Below, one piece after another: positions 47,501-62,500 of a DNA stretch of 64,000 bases. Source of the DNA: Clostridiales bacterium (lineage in GTDB: Bacteria > Bacillota > Clostridia > Christensenellales > UBA1242); NCBI GenBank assembly GCA_918262735.1, contig CAKJYJ010000005.1, forward strand, positions 139,538-203,537, given 5' to 3'. Numbering within the stretch: the stretch's first letter is position 1; each line of letters begins with the position of its first letter. Under the pieces are notes generated by a model. That model worked only from the letters and a program-made list of their open reading frames with translations. It was not told where the DNA came from and searched no databases. The position numbers were made by a program, and so were the translations under genes.

Positions 47501-50500
47501 TAACAGAAACTTCAAGACCTCTTGTAACTGCAACATATGTTGTGTTACCTGTGATTAATTGAGCTGGAATTGTGCTTTCGGTTGTGATTGGTTCTTGTGA
47601 TAAGGTTCCATCTTGGTTTTCAATATACCAACCAACAATTTCATATTTGTTTGCATCAGACAAAACAATTGATGTCGCAAGAGAATTTCTTTCAAATCTA
47701 ACTTTTGTTGATATTGAATCGTGTTTTGCTCCATTGCCTTGTTTTACGCTCGCGTACTTAGAATTTTGCACCTTAAACACAACGTCATATGTGCTTCTTT
47801 CAAAGATAATAAATATTTCGCAATCATCTTCTAAATCAAATGCTAAATTATTATTTGAATCAACAGAACCAATTTCAACATATTCACCATTAACATATAG
47901 TTTGTATGCTGATAGTTCGTATCCTGTTTTTTCAAATAATGTCTGAATACTAATTCGGGTTAAGTATTCTGCAACATATGTTCCGCCAAATGCAACAGTT
48001 GCTTCATCAACAAGAGCATTGCCATCTCCAATTTTTGCAACAGTTGCAATATTTCCAACAACGCTTACTGGTGATATTGTTCCAAGAACTTCATTTGCTT
48101 CAGCATATTTAATTGTTGCTGTGTAGTTCTCTTTGATATATGGAAGTGTGAACTCTCCATTTGTTGTGAATCCAGATAGAACAACCGTGAATTTACCATT
48201 GTTCTCCGTTACCGCAAATACTCCGTCTAATGCAGTGGTTTCAAAAGCTTCTTCGTTTAATGTGTAACCATGGTTTGGAATAACAACAATCGTTAAATCC
48301 GTGCCAGTTTTCTTGGTTATGCTATTTGATTCTGCTAAAACGTCAAAACCGTCATATTGATATATACCATAAGTTGTATTATTTCTAATTGTTATTGTTA
48401 AGTCCTTTGCCTCATATTCTGCGAATATAGTTGCATTAGACGTGAATTCCTTAAATGTATATTCATTGTCGGTGTTGGCAACTTTAACAATTGAGCCAGT
48501 GCCCATAACTTTTATTGATTTTAATTCATACCCTCTGTTAACAACAACGGTAACAGTGCATGTTTCATCGGTTAATAGCGTGAACGCATTATCGTTTGTT
48601 CCAGATCTGTATGTGCTTGTGACATTGTTATCTGTTATTTGAACCTGAACATAACCAGCAGCATCTACATTTGAAATTAATTCAATTGTATTGGCGTTTG
48701 CTTTACTTTCCGCCGTTAATTCAAGAACGCTATTGTTCTCGCCAGAGAAACCATTGAAGTAATATACATTCTCAGTTCTTGTGCCTTGACCTTGTGCCAT
48801 TGTGTACTTAAAGAATGTGTACCCTGCATTTGGAGTTGATGTTACAATAACTTTATAAGATGTTAAAACATTAAATGCGTATACGCCTGTCTCGTTGCTC
48901 TGATTTTGTAATCTTAATGCCGTACCATTTGCATCTTTAACGTCAATTGTAATATCTGTATGAATTGTATTGATTTGTAATGTATACTCAAAGTCGCTAT
49001 ATTTTGCAAATATCTCTAAGTTATCAGCAGTTGTCCATGTTTCTGGTTTTTCATAATCAGAACCGTTTTCAAATGTGTAACCAAGGAATGTATAGTAGTT
49101 CTTTTGTGCATTAATTAATCTTGGCACTTCACCATCATAACTGATTTGAATTTTTATGCTTTCGTGTCTTTCATTAACATATGCCCAACCATTTTCAATA
49201 TTCACTTCATTAAGTGTGTATTGACCACTCATAGAATTAAGGGTTAACCAATATTTATTTGCTTCCCACTCGGCAACAAGAGATGTGTCGTTTTGAACTT
49301 CATAATTTGCAATGTAGTTTACCGTTTTGCTCTCATTGTTCAATTTCCAAGTTGTAAGACTATATCCTAATCTTGTAACAGCCAATAGATTTTCAACATT
49401 TAGAGCACTTCCAACAACATCTTGTAATTTTTGTCCGTACATCAATGATATTGTGCCAACATTGTTGTTGTATGTAACCAATTGATTTGGTTTGCTGAAC
49501 ACACCTTGGTTGGCATTAATTGTAACCGTGTATTCATCTAATGCATAAACAACATAAATACTTACATCATCCACCAATGTGTGTGCTGTGGTTGTGAATA
49601 AATTAACTATATTATTTACGCCATAACCAATGAAGTGATGATTTGCAAATACTGTTTGATTTGGATAATTTAATATAACACCACTATCCACACCATTATA
49701 CCTTATGTCATTCAGCGCCGAGTCAAATGATATTTCTGTTCTATATTGTTTTGTGTCGGCACTATTTCCAACCTTAACACCTAAAGTGTCATAACCATTT
49801 GTTGCCAAAGAATAAACGGCTAAATATACATTAACCTTAAAGCTGTTAATTGACCAAACTGCATACAAATTAACAGATGCTGAATAGTTTGTTATGTATG
49901 TGCTAATTCTTGCATTTGGATCTATTATATTTCCACCTTGTGTTAGACTCCAACCAACAAATGAATATCCTTTATCTTTATAGGATGGTTGTGGAAGCGA
50001 ATTAACGTTGTGTTCATTAACACTCTTATAATAATCGTAGTCAGCGCTGGTTATTCTTCTTGAACCTTCAAGTATGTCGCTAATTCCAACAGGACATCCA
50101 GTGTATGAATAATTATAGTTGAATGTTATTGTTTTTTGTAAAATATCGCCAAGAACATCACCTGCTGAGTAGTTGTTTGAATCTGCACCAGAAAGAGTGA
50201 ATGAAACGACCTTATTAATTCCAATATATTCGTTGTCGTATGATGCACTGGCAACGGATACAACATCTGGACTAATTACCCCATCAATTGTAATGGTGTA
50301 TTGAGACAGGTCAACGCTATTATTTTCACTTTGTACCCTTGATATTCTTGGTGTAACCGATACCGCAACACCCTTTTTGCCAACAATAACTCTTGATGTT
50401 ATTGTGTTCTTTATTATAACGTTTCCGCCATTACCATTTTCATCTTTTGGAGATGCAACGATTTGGTAATTGCCAACCTTTGTTTTTCCTGCACTTGAAA

Positions 50501-53500
50501 GGTTTGTAACCGTATCTGAACCACTTGCAGAAACTGTAACTTCAGCTTTTAGTTGATTTAATGTTAAGTCTTTTGTTATTAAGTCATCATAGTATTCAAC
50601 ACTATAAGCTAAATCAATTGCGTTTTGTATTGAATCACCATAAATAACATTAACATCACCAACTGTAACATTAACCTCCAATTTGTTGATTGTTCCAAAT
50701 GTTACTTTCATTTGTGGGTTAAAGTTTCTAGATGCACAGGTAACAAGTATTGTTCTGTTGCCTGCTATTGCCTTGTCATATGTAACATTAACAATAACTT
50801 GTCCAAGATTTGCAATGTCGGTTGAATCTAACTCTCCTTCTGCAGGAACACTATTAAAGTTGTATGACAAACCATGCTTAAATTCATTTGTACCGTCATA
50901 AACTTTATCGTATCCGTTATTAAGTGTGGTTGAAGAGACTTGTAATGTTCTTGGAGCAATTGTTAATTTAACATTTGCACCGCTTTGTATGTTAAAGTTT
51001 GTAAAGTAATCACTAACAATACTGCACTCGCTAGCACTAATTGGATATTCTCCAACATTTCCCGTGTTAAACACTATTCTACTTGAAGCAGAATTAATTA
51101 TGTTGTTATTTAATGTTTCTTCTTTTAGAAGCGTTGTGAATGTGAATTGAGAAAGTGTAAACCTTCCAATATTTTTTAATCCGTAGTATCTTGTGCTATC
51201 GGTTATGTTTATGAATGATTGCAGTGAAATAACAACAACATTTGAAACATTTTTAACGATTGTAAACTTATTGTTCAACATCTCTGACGTTGTTCTGAAA
51301 TCAATATTTCCATTTAAGCTTGTTGCTGATGTATAGTTATAACTACCTAAATCCTCACCAGCCTCTCTAACATATTGAACCTTAAATGAGTAGTTGCTTC
51401 CACCAATAGTGGTTGCAAAATTTTGAACAAGTTCTGGATCTTTTGTTGCATATTCTTTGCTGAAGCTATTTATTTGTCCCGCTGTGGCATTATAAACATA
51501 TGGAATAATCTCAAACACATAATCAGAAGCTCCAACCATTGAATAATTTGTTGAACCAAAGTACACTGCACTAGCAATATATTTGCCAGCATTAACTGGT
51601 GCCCCTGATATTTTTGCTCCGTTTGCATATTGTTTATAATCTATTCTTACAGCACCCATTATTTGTTGTTTTTCGGTGCCATCTAGCCCACTGATGTCAA
51701 ATGTAACAATTTTTTGTGATGCACTAAATGTTGTTATGTCATCAGCGAATTCATCGAATACAATACTAAATTCTTTTGCATTTATTGTTACATTCGCCAT
51801 AACAGAAATCTCGTAACACCCGGTTACGACATCTGTGCCGTTATGTTTTATTTCAAATTCAGATAAACCAAGAGTTGTGTTTGTATCGCTAACAGCAAAT
51901 GTCTTAACATTGTTGTCTCTGAATGATAGCTTAACTGTATTTTGTGTTATTGAATCATTTGTTGCAAGCGTTAAAACACTTCCGGTATATGTTTTAGTAT
52001 ATTGATTATTTGCATCATATGTAAACGATATATTACCAAAACCTAAAATCAATGATTTAGGAGTTATTTTACCTGTTGTGTTTTGAGGGGCAATATAGTT
52101 CCCTGCGCTTGTTCCGGAAAGAATAAATGTTATTGTTTGGTTAACATCAACTGCTTTATAGTCCTCATATGTGGCTGTTAAAACAACATCATCATTCTGA
52201 ACAAGTTGAGCACTTGGAAGTGATGTATTACCAGAATATTTAACTTCGTTTGTTCCATCATAAACCTTGTCTTTATCGTAACTAACACTAGTGATTTGAA
52301 CTTTGTTTATTTTAACATTAACGTTGTATTCTGCACTATCAACAATAACAGTAATTACATAATCTCCAGCATTAATAAGTTGAACGCCAGCAACATTCTT
52401 AATGCTTCCATATGTCGTGTTGTTTTTTGTTATAACACCACTTGCACCGCCCTCATAAGTAAAGTTAATTACCAATTCATCAATATGGTCTTGGGCGTTG
52501 TAGGTAAATGGGGTTATTTCTTCAAATACTAATTCCTCGTGAACAAGTTTAATTCCACCTTGTTGGTTCGTTATGTTATAGTTTTTAACAATAACAGGAC
52601 AAGTCATGGCGATTTTGTTATTTTCAATTAAATACTCTGTGTCAACCCTATATTCATTATTGTTAATAATACTACTAATAAGATTATAAGTACCTAATTC
52701 AATTGATGCCCTGTCATCTGGAAGAAGACCAGTAAACATTTCATACTTTAATCCATAGCCTGTTGAAAGGTATGTGCTCTTGTATATCTTATATAACTCT
52801 TCGTGAACACCCAAATTCACCGTGATGTCTTGTTTTATGATTGTTATAGAAATTGGTGAAAGTATTGTGTATGCATAGTTTCCAGATGAAGATGTTATAC
52901 CATTAACTGTATATGTGTCGGCATCTTTAACTTCAACCGCGCCTCCAACAAATGATATGGTCATATCTTGACTAACACCAGCAGTATATCCACCAACAAC
53001 ACCAGGTGTTGCTATGATTGCATTTTTAATGTCTTGTAATCTATCTTTTGCATTATATGTTAAGTTGCCAGCAGTCCATGTTAAATTAACAGGAGCCGTG
53101 TTGACCGTCAATTTTGCACCAACATCAAATGTAATTACATAATTAGACGTTACATCAAATCCACCACTTGTTATAACAAGATTATTTTCACCATTGGCAA
53201 CAAGATAATCTCCAACGTCGCCAACCGTAACCTTAACATTACCAGATAAAACATGTCCTGTAACAAGATCTCCACTTGAATATATGAATCTGCTATCTGA
53301 AGTTTTTAATTCAATTACAACATTGCCAGAATAATTCATTGTGTTGTTTGTAATGCCGGTAATTGTTAGGGTTCTTTGAGAAATTGAACCTTGTCTGCTT
53401 GCCGTTGTCAAAATATAGTTACCCAAATTATTTGAATCAACAATTTCTAACGCAATGGTATATCCTGTGCCATAAGTTTTAACTGGAGTATTCCCGTTAT

Positions 53501-56500
53501 AGTATGTTCCCAAAACCTGAACGCTTGTTTTATCTGAGGCATATATATCTGATGAATCAAGAACTATTTCTTCGCTGTCGTCATATACCTTTGAACCAGT
53601 GAATGGCACACCATTTGCTGTTAGGGTGTTTAATGTGATTGTTTTTGGAAGAACATTAAACCTTGTGTAATATATTGATTGAGGAAGATTTAGTGATGCA
53701 TCAAACTCAACCCTAGCATAATACTCTCCTGCATTTTTGATAGATGTTAATGCATTGGTGTTATCTCTAGCGTCTTCATTATTTGCATAGAATCCAACAA
53801 TTGTTACATTCGTTCCCTGGTTATTAAGGGTAATTGTTTCGGTTTGAATAGTACCACTGTTCATATATTCAGCAACAATGCTGACTCCATTAATTCTTTC
53901 GGTTGCATTATATGTTAAATTCTCAATTATAACATTTGCACCGCTTGTTGAACTTATAACAATTTCGATATTGTACTCAATATTATAATTGCCTATAACG
54001 TTGTTTGTATCGGCATCGGTTAATGAGAAATTCTGAATTTCAATCTCGTTATTCATTGTTCCGCCAGTTTTATACTCATATGTTGTTTCTATATAATTTG
54101 CTGGACTGATGCTTATTTTTCCGCCAAGAATATGCCCTCTAACGATATTCGTTAAATCTGAGGCTGAGAATGGATATTCATACCCTGTTGTGTTGTTGCT
54201 GTTATATAGAAGTGAAACTTGAATATCTAGTGTTGCCGTTCTTTGATTAATTGTGAGTTTATCGGTTAGGTATTCATTACCAATATACTTATAATTTGAT
54301 ACATATGCGTCATTTACTTTAGGATAAATATAGTATTGCCCATAATTGATTGGGGTAACGTTTGCCCCGCTGGTTGTGGTCTTATATGTTTGTCCTAAAA
54401 TCATTCTTGCTTCATCTGGATTAATTGCACCATTGCTTGCAGTTGCCGTTAAAACAACATCGTGTGATTCTGCATCATATGTGTAAACATTATCACTAAC
54501 AACAGAAACATAAACCTCTGCTTTTTTAATTGTTACACTACCTGCAAACACAAGAGTGTAATTATTTAATGATGAAGCAACAGTTAAGTCGTTTCTAATT
54601 TCTTCGCTAACAAGGCTATATGTGCCCGCATTAACAACATTCTTAAATGTAACGCTTCCACCAAATGGCTCAACGTCTAGTGCATTTGCAATGTTACTAA
54701 AATCTGCAACATTCAATGTTAGTTGTGCACCGGTGTAATATAGCGAACTATTGTTATATGTGAATGTAACTGTTCTTTTGCTAATTTTACCAATAATATT
54801 TAAGTTTGCATCAAGAACATATGAACCAACAAGAAGTTCATAGTTTGTGGCAGATAAATCGCCTCTATAATTGTTAAAGGTAATAATTATTGCTATTGAT
54901 TCGCCAACATCTTTTGATGTGTATGCTCCAGATAGTTTTATGTTATTTGTATCATCTGGAACAATATCGCTTGATGTTACAGTTCCATCAACGGCATACG
55001 TTCCGTCATACACCTTGTTTTTAGTTAAAGAAACTTGGGTTATAACAATTTTTTCCATTTCAACATTAAATGAATACTCATTTGAACAGTTGCTTCCATC
55101 ACTACCTTTAAGCCTAATTTTAACAGTGTATATGTTTGCATACTTAAATGATGCTGGAGACAGCGTTGATTCACCAACAGTTCTATATATACGTGCATCT
55201 AATGTTGCCTCATTAAAGGCATATTCATATGTGCCATCAACAATTTGGAATTCATTTCCTAAAACTTTAATTCTTAATGTTTGAACACTTCCGTTATAGG
55301 TGTATTTTCCAATAACAAGCACATTAGATGAAGTTAATTCGGCTTCGTTAATAACAAGCCTTACATTATACCTAAATGAGTAGTTTGTTGTTGCTATTTC
55401 ACCATCTTTGTTTTTAACCGTTATAGATTTATTTACGTGTCCTATTTGTAAATCATTACTGTTTAAAACATATTCCCATCGGTATTCGCCAGCAGATTCA
55501 ACATAACTATTATAGAATGTGTCACCGAAGCAAAGAATTGAATTGTCTTCAATGTTAACTCTTAATTTTTTACCGTCAAAGAATTTTGAAGCATTAACAA
55601 CAATTGTTACCTCTTTAGCCACGACAGTTACGGTAAATGTTGAAGAAGTAAAATTATAATTGCCAGAATGTTCGGCTTTAATTGAAACGGTGCATGAATA
55701 TGTCCCAACATTAACCGGATTTTCGGTTGCAGTTATTTCGAATAAATCTGTGATATTTTCATTATCGTGATCTCTTGTTGCTGTCCAAACAGGAGTAATA
55801 ACCTGAGCCGTATATGTGTACTCAGTTGTTGGTACAAAATCAACATCCGCGCGTGAAATGGTTATGGTCCCTATTAGACCAGTTATTTCATAGTTTGTTG
55901 AAATTGAATTGTCATCACTCATTACCAAATCGTATGTATAACCAACCGCATTTGCCAAATTGTATGTTCCTGCATTAATTGCAAATGTTAGTGGTAGGGT
56001 CAATCCTTCGCCAGATGTGATTGTTTCACCATTAACTGCACCATTTGCCTGCAATAAACTATATGCAAATTCAATTGATTTCCCATCATATATTTTTGTG
56101 TATGTCTCTTTTAAGCTTATGGCTGTTTGCTTTTTGGTTATTGAACCGCTAAGCTCTGGATTTTGTGTAATCACAAAATTGTCACTTGATGTTTCAATTG
56201 AAAGACCAATGTTATTCCCAGCGTTTTTATCTTCAAATTTAATATCAAGGCTGTTTTTAATTTCGGTTGCAAAAGCCCCGGTAACTTCCTGTGACTTGCT
56301 AGAATCTGTGTAAATTCTACTGCCTGAGGTAAATGTAAATGGAACCCCAGAAACCCCAAAGTAATTTACCGTTCCATCGTATACCTTTGTTAAAGGTGTT
56401 GCGATTATGTCAACGTACGCATTAAATGGTGTTATTTCAAATGACACCCCGGTTAATGTGTAAGTGTTGTAGTTTGGATAATTAAGTTCAAATGTGATGC

Positions 56501-59500
56501 CACTGTTAACACTAACGTCTTTTGCACCAGTAAATGCCTCGTCATTTTTTGTTAGTGTGTAATATGTGGTAATTAACTCATCAAACACATAAACATCAAT
56601 GTTTTGAGTTGTTGAATTATAAACCTTGCTTGTAACAAGCCTAATATCTGTTTCGGCAAATGATTTTTTTGTGATGATTATTGTTCCATCAATAATTAAT
56701 TCTAGGTTTGTTAATTCAACTGCAAGTTTTCCAACCCTAGCATCTAATGAAACAATTTCCAATTTTTGTGGACCATAGGTTCCTGCATCAGCTTCCTGTG
56801 TTTCAATTATAATATTGCTAAGGGTTACCGCCTCGTCGCTAACGCTTTCAATTGTTACCCTTGCTTTTTGACCAGTATATTCTTGAGAAGTTTCAGCAAA
56901 ACTTATTGTCATTTGTCGTTTAACAATAGTACCGCTAACATCATTGCCCTCTTTTGAAATTGGGAAGTTATAACTTGCTGAAATAACATCTAGCCCCGTT
57001 ATGCTTACAATTGTTGCCCCAACTTCTGTTGAACTATATTTAACAAGCACTGATGTTCCAATAAGTTCGCTATATGGCGTGTCGGTATTTTTTAGAATGT
57101 ATACCATTTCATTGGTTCCATCATATACCTTATTCATTGTTCCGCCAATTAAAACCGCATCTTTTGCTATTGAAATTCTGTAAGTTGTTGTTGAGTTCGT
57201 TACATCGCAAATAATGCTTGATAAAGATACCCCTGCACTAATTTGATATTCAATAACATCTGTGAGTGCAAAGTTAAATTTATAGAACCCTGAGTCAGAG
57301 TAGTTTTTAACGGTAAGTGTTGAAACCCCCGAAACTTCATTTGTGTCAGGGTCAGTGACTCGTGCGTTTACTGTTGTTCCATTAAGGCTTGTGATATATG
57401 TGCCATTTTCTGCCAAACAATACAACCATTCATAGTTATAGGTTAGGCTTGGATTGGTTGCGTAATTAACGGTTGCAATAAGGTTATATGATGCGTTTTC
57501 ATCATATATTTCTTCAACATCTTCACCCGTTGTTTCAACGGTTGCTGTGTAGCTCCAAACAGCATAGAATGTTATGTCTCTTTTAATGTTCCATACCGAA
57601 CCATTGGTAAATAGTGTTGCTGTGTCACCACTATCGTAATAATACCAACCAACGAATTCAAGACCAGTTCTTTCTGGAACCGGAGCCGTGAATGCAACTG
57701 CTTGTGTTGCAATTTGGGATGCGTCATATGTGTCATGCGTTTCACCGTCAACGTATCCATATTCAAAACTAACTTCACTCTTATTTGTTAATAATAGTTC
57801 AAGAGTATACTCAAAAGTTGCATCTGGTACAACTGTTATTACATAAGAGTAAACATTTCCACTTGTGCCAGATAGTTCAAAGGTTGTTTCTGCACCACTT
57901 GTGCAGGTTGCAGATTTTAACCAGAAATTAGCGTTTATGTAATTTACATCAACATCAAACACAAGTTTTCCTGCGTTAACGATGGTGTTGATGAGCAGGT
58001 TATAATCGTCAATAGAAACAATTTTGTCCTCTGAATCTATTGTCGCAACTTCTTCAATGTCGCCATCATTAGTTTTAACGGTTACTCTAATTGAACGAAC
58101 ATCACCTTCTGGTTCTGGAAGAACAATAGAAGATTCATCAAAATCGAATGCAAAATTGTTCTGTTCGTTCTCGTTTTGTGTTAATGCTATATCTTCCAGT
58201 TTGTAAACTCTGCTTTCTAAAGCTCCAATATAAACATCTATGTCAGCCGCCAAGCTGTTTTTATTATAGGTTTTGTAACCATTAACATCGTTTAGTTTAA
58301 TGCTAAATGCAACAGTTCTTTGCCCACCAGTAATCATTTTTAGTCTGGTTTTGATAAATGTTGCCACATCGGATTGATTGTCAAAACTGTATGTTAAACC
58401 ATAGTAATCTTGTGTTATTACAAGTTCTCCATTTGAGAAGTATCCATCAAGCAATGTTATGTTTCTTGTTGGATTAATAAGGACGTTTCCTGTTAGTTTT
58501 AACTTAATAATATATGGCGTTATTGCTCCCTTTACTGAAGGTTCTGGAACGGTGTAACAACTCTTTAATTCATCAGAGCCTGTAATGTTATAAACCAAAT
58601 CAATACTGTTTGAAACATTAATTCCACCATAGGTTGCAACCACCTTGTAGGCATCTTTATCAACGTCTAAAATGTTATCTGAAATAGACTGTTTTACTTT
58701 GTTTGTACCATCATACATCTTTGTTACAGTGTCATCAAACTCCAACCCAATTGGAATAATGTTTATATCTGACACGTTTGCCACGTTTCCGCCAGCAATT
58801 TGAGAAACTTGCGTGTGCGCTAAAGTGTTTAACAAGTAGTATTCACTGCTTACATCATCTTCATCTGATTCTTGATAAACATAATCAAAAACAACGTAGA
58901 AGCTACCAGAATCTAAAGAATATTTTAATGATGTTGCGTAAACGTTAACAACATTATTAACTGTGTCAACCTTAAACTCTAAATCACCATCAAACTCTTC
59001 AAATTCGTCAGCACTATTTGCTTTGTAATATACTGTTATATTATCTGTGTATGACGCATTGCCGTTTACATCAATACCATTTATATCTTGAATCCAAGAG
59101 AACGTTGCAATAAGACCATCATAACCAATATAGTCGCCATCATAGGTCACTGAAACACTGCTTTTTGTTATGGTAACATCATCAATATTCCAGTATGCAT
59201 AAAATTTAATTGGGCTTGAATTTGCATCATCAACATCAGTGATGAATGTGCTTGTTTCTCTATCAACAACATAATTACCGTTTGAACTCTTTAGATAAAT
59301 TATGTATTTAGGGTTACCAGAGTCATCTTTTATTTCAGAACCCCAGTAGGCAAATGTATATCCCGTTCTGGTTGGAATAATATTGTTTACTTGATAATTG
59401 TTTCTATTAAACGTTACGTAATAATCGGTTGGGTTATTTTGAAGGCTTGTTTTTTGAGCATTTGTAAGATACGTTCCATCAAGGTCTAGTAATATTTTGG

Positions 59501-62500
59501 CTGGAACGGTTATCGCTTCAATCTCGTATTCCTCAGATTCATTATAACCACCAAATGATTCTGGGGTCCAGTCATTATATGCGTATTCATCATGTACAAA
59601 ATCATATTCACAAAGCACAACGCTTGGATCATCTTTTTTAACCCACTTGTAAATAATTTTTCCGGTTTCGGCATATTGATTGCTGATGTAACCAAGAGTT
59701 TTGTTATTTCCATACTTTTTGCCGCTTATTTTATTGTAGGTTGACCAATCAATAACCCCATCTCTCTCTGGATAAACACCATTTAATTCTCCGTAACCGT
59801 ATTTAACAACTGTTGATGCAACTGTGGCATTATCAATAATGAATAATAGGGTTACATCATTACCTTCAAAGTTAGGAACAAGGGTTTCGCTATATGAAAC
59901 GCTTGATCCATCATCACTATGACCAAATGTTTCTGGCAATAAAATATCATTTACTTTTGAAGTTTTTTGAATTGGTGGTACATCTCGATATACTATATGG
60001 CCACCGCCACTCCCCTCAACTCCTTGAAAAACATAAAGTTTAGATAGTGTGTAACCTTCTGTTTGAGCAAAAGCATATTCACCAATAACGTCCCATATTG
60101 TTATATTTTCAAAATCTTCGCCATATCTGATGTACATATCTAACGTTTCATCATCGGCATGTACATTTATTGGGTCTTTGGTGAATGTTAATGAGTATAC
60201 AATTGGATTATAATAACTTTCAACATAAAGTTTTGGAACGGCAGCTCCGGAGCCGGCATTAAACGTTATGTTAATATAATTAATCACACAATCCACACCC
60301 GAGCCAAAATTGTCGTATGGCATTGCAGAAACTGCACCAAGGTTTTCTGAACTTGCTCCGTTTTTATCAATAAAGTACATCTCGCTAAAACGATAACCTA
60401 TAATTTCTTCTGCACTTATTCCTGTTGAATCGTAATACGTGTCTGTTTTATCACCATAATTAATATTGGCAGTTTCCTCCGTCCCAGGAACATAATATTT
60501 ATTAACGAGTTGATATGTTAGTTCCAAAGGAATAAATGTTATTTGCGCGTTGACTGTTTCTTCTGGACAAGCAATAATTACATCATCGCCATCCATAGCT
60601 CCAACAAGACCACCATCAATAAGGTCGGTTAGCCCAACACCACTGGTTGAAGCCCCAGCAATACTAACATCGTCGGGGTTATATAGATAAATATAGTCAT
60701 TTGAACCTATGCCGTATGTGAGTTTTTTAGGAACAATTGTAAATGTATTATTATTTGCTCCAGTTTTAACCTTAAACTCAACATAACCACCCTTTAGGCT
60801 ATTAGTTTTAACTGTTGGTGTTTGTATTTTAGATACTGAAGTGAATGTGAAGTATTGTTTTTGGTCTGCCGAATCTCCACTTTGCGTGTGATAATTAACA
60901 CCAATTGAGTAAACATATGGAATGTACTCCGTGTAAACATAAATATCATAGCCTTCGCTTTTGTATGCAAGATTTGTTAGACTAATGGTAATGATAGAAC
61001 CATCAATAACCTTATTCCCGCTATTGGTTTTTGAATATTGTACTGTAACAGATATCGCCCCTCCATCACCACTAGTTTGATAAATGTTTCGAGCAATATT
61101 GGTTTCTTCAAGTGATGAAGAAATATTCAAACCATCAACTGGGTTTGTGTTGTTTTCATCGAATAAATAAACCCGTTGACCATTAGAGAATATCTCAATT
61201 CCTGTTATTTTTTTATATGGTAAAACACCTTTGTGAACGCTTATTGTTCTTGTGAAACTTTCTTCCTCACAAAAATATTCTTCATCAACCTTGCCTTGGT
61301 AAATGTTTGTTGTGACCGTGCTGTCGTATATTTTGTTTTCAGATGTATTATCAAATATTTTTATATCGGTTTCTTTCTGTTCAAGTTGAATAATTATTTC
61401 GTACTCTGTTTCACTGTTAATAATGCCACTTATTGTACTAAAGCTAAAATAACTGGCGTCGCCAATTAATTTAAGTGGTCCAAAATTTTCACCTGCACTA
61501 AAGCCATGTATTTCAAAATGCTTGCCAAGATAATCATTTAAAGAAACGTCGCAATAAAAACGTACATCATTTATGTAGTTGTATGTCACATAATCTGGAA
61601 CCACATTAGATGTTTCGCCTTCAAACACAAGCGGATATACCCTTGCTGCACTTATTTGTTGATATTCATTCCCCTTGCCTCTATAACACTTCGCTGTGAT
61701 TACAAAACTATCAATAACATCTTCATTTGATGGTTGTGGAGTAAGTTCATTAAATTTACCATTTTTATCAACAATTCCATAACTTGTTTTAAATTTGAAC
61801 TTAATTGCTTGGTCTTGTAGTCCAATTTCAAGTTGAAGGGTCTGCAACGCTCTAAACGTGAACGCCCTGCCATAGTTTGTGCCAACAACGCTTAAATAAC
61901 CAGAACCATTAACACCGCCAACAACCGTAAGCGCATAAATATTGGTTGTGTTAATTGTTCTATCTCTCGATTCTTCCACATTTAACACATATGCCGTGTT
62001 ATCTGGATTACCACTATCAAAAATTGTTACTTGATATGTTGCTGGAATATTAATGCTGGTTGAGTCGGTATAACAATCAGCACTAACCTTATCAATCACA
62101 TAAGTTCCTGAGCCTTGGTTTGTGACATAAGGATTGGTAAATAATACCTCTAATGAGAGCACATCTTCCACACTGTTACTAATAAAAATTGCGTTCGTCA
62201 TCAAAATCCAGTTTGCATAAAAAGTGTCACCATCATTGGCGTTTGCTAGTATTGCTGGGTATTTATCATCTGTAGCCTCACCTATTTTGAGATTTGTTGT
62301 ATAACTAACAGCATTTCCGCTTGTGTTAAGGTAAGACTTATCAATACAAAGATAAGGAAGATCTTCATCACCAGCTGCTTTACATGCACCCTTAAATGAG
62401 AGATTTAACCCATCGCCGTCATTATTATAGCAACTACTAGCATATATGCTTTCGAATAAATGCGTGTCCCCCATGCTGTTTATGCTACTAGCAGTTAAAC

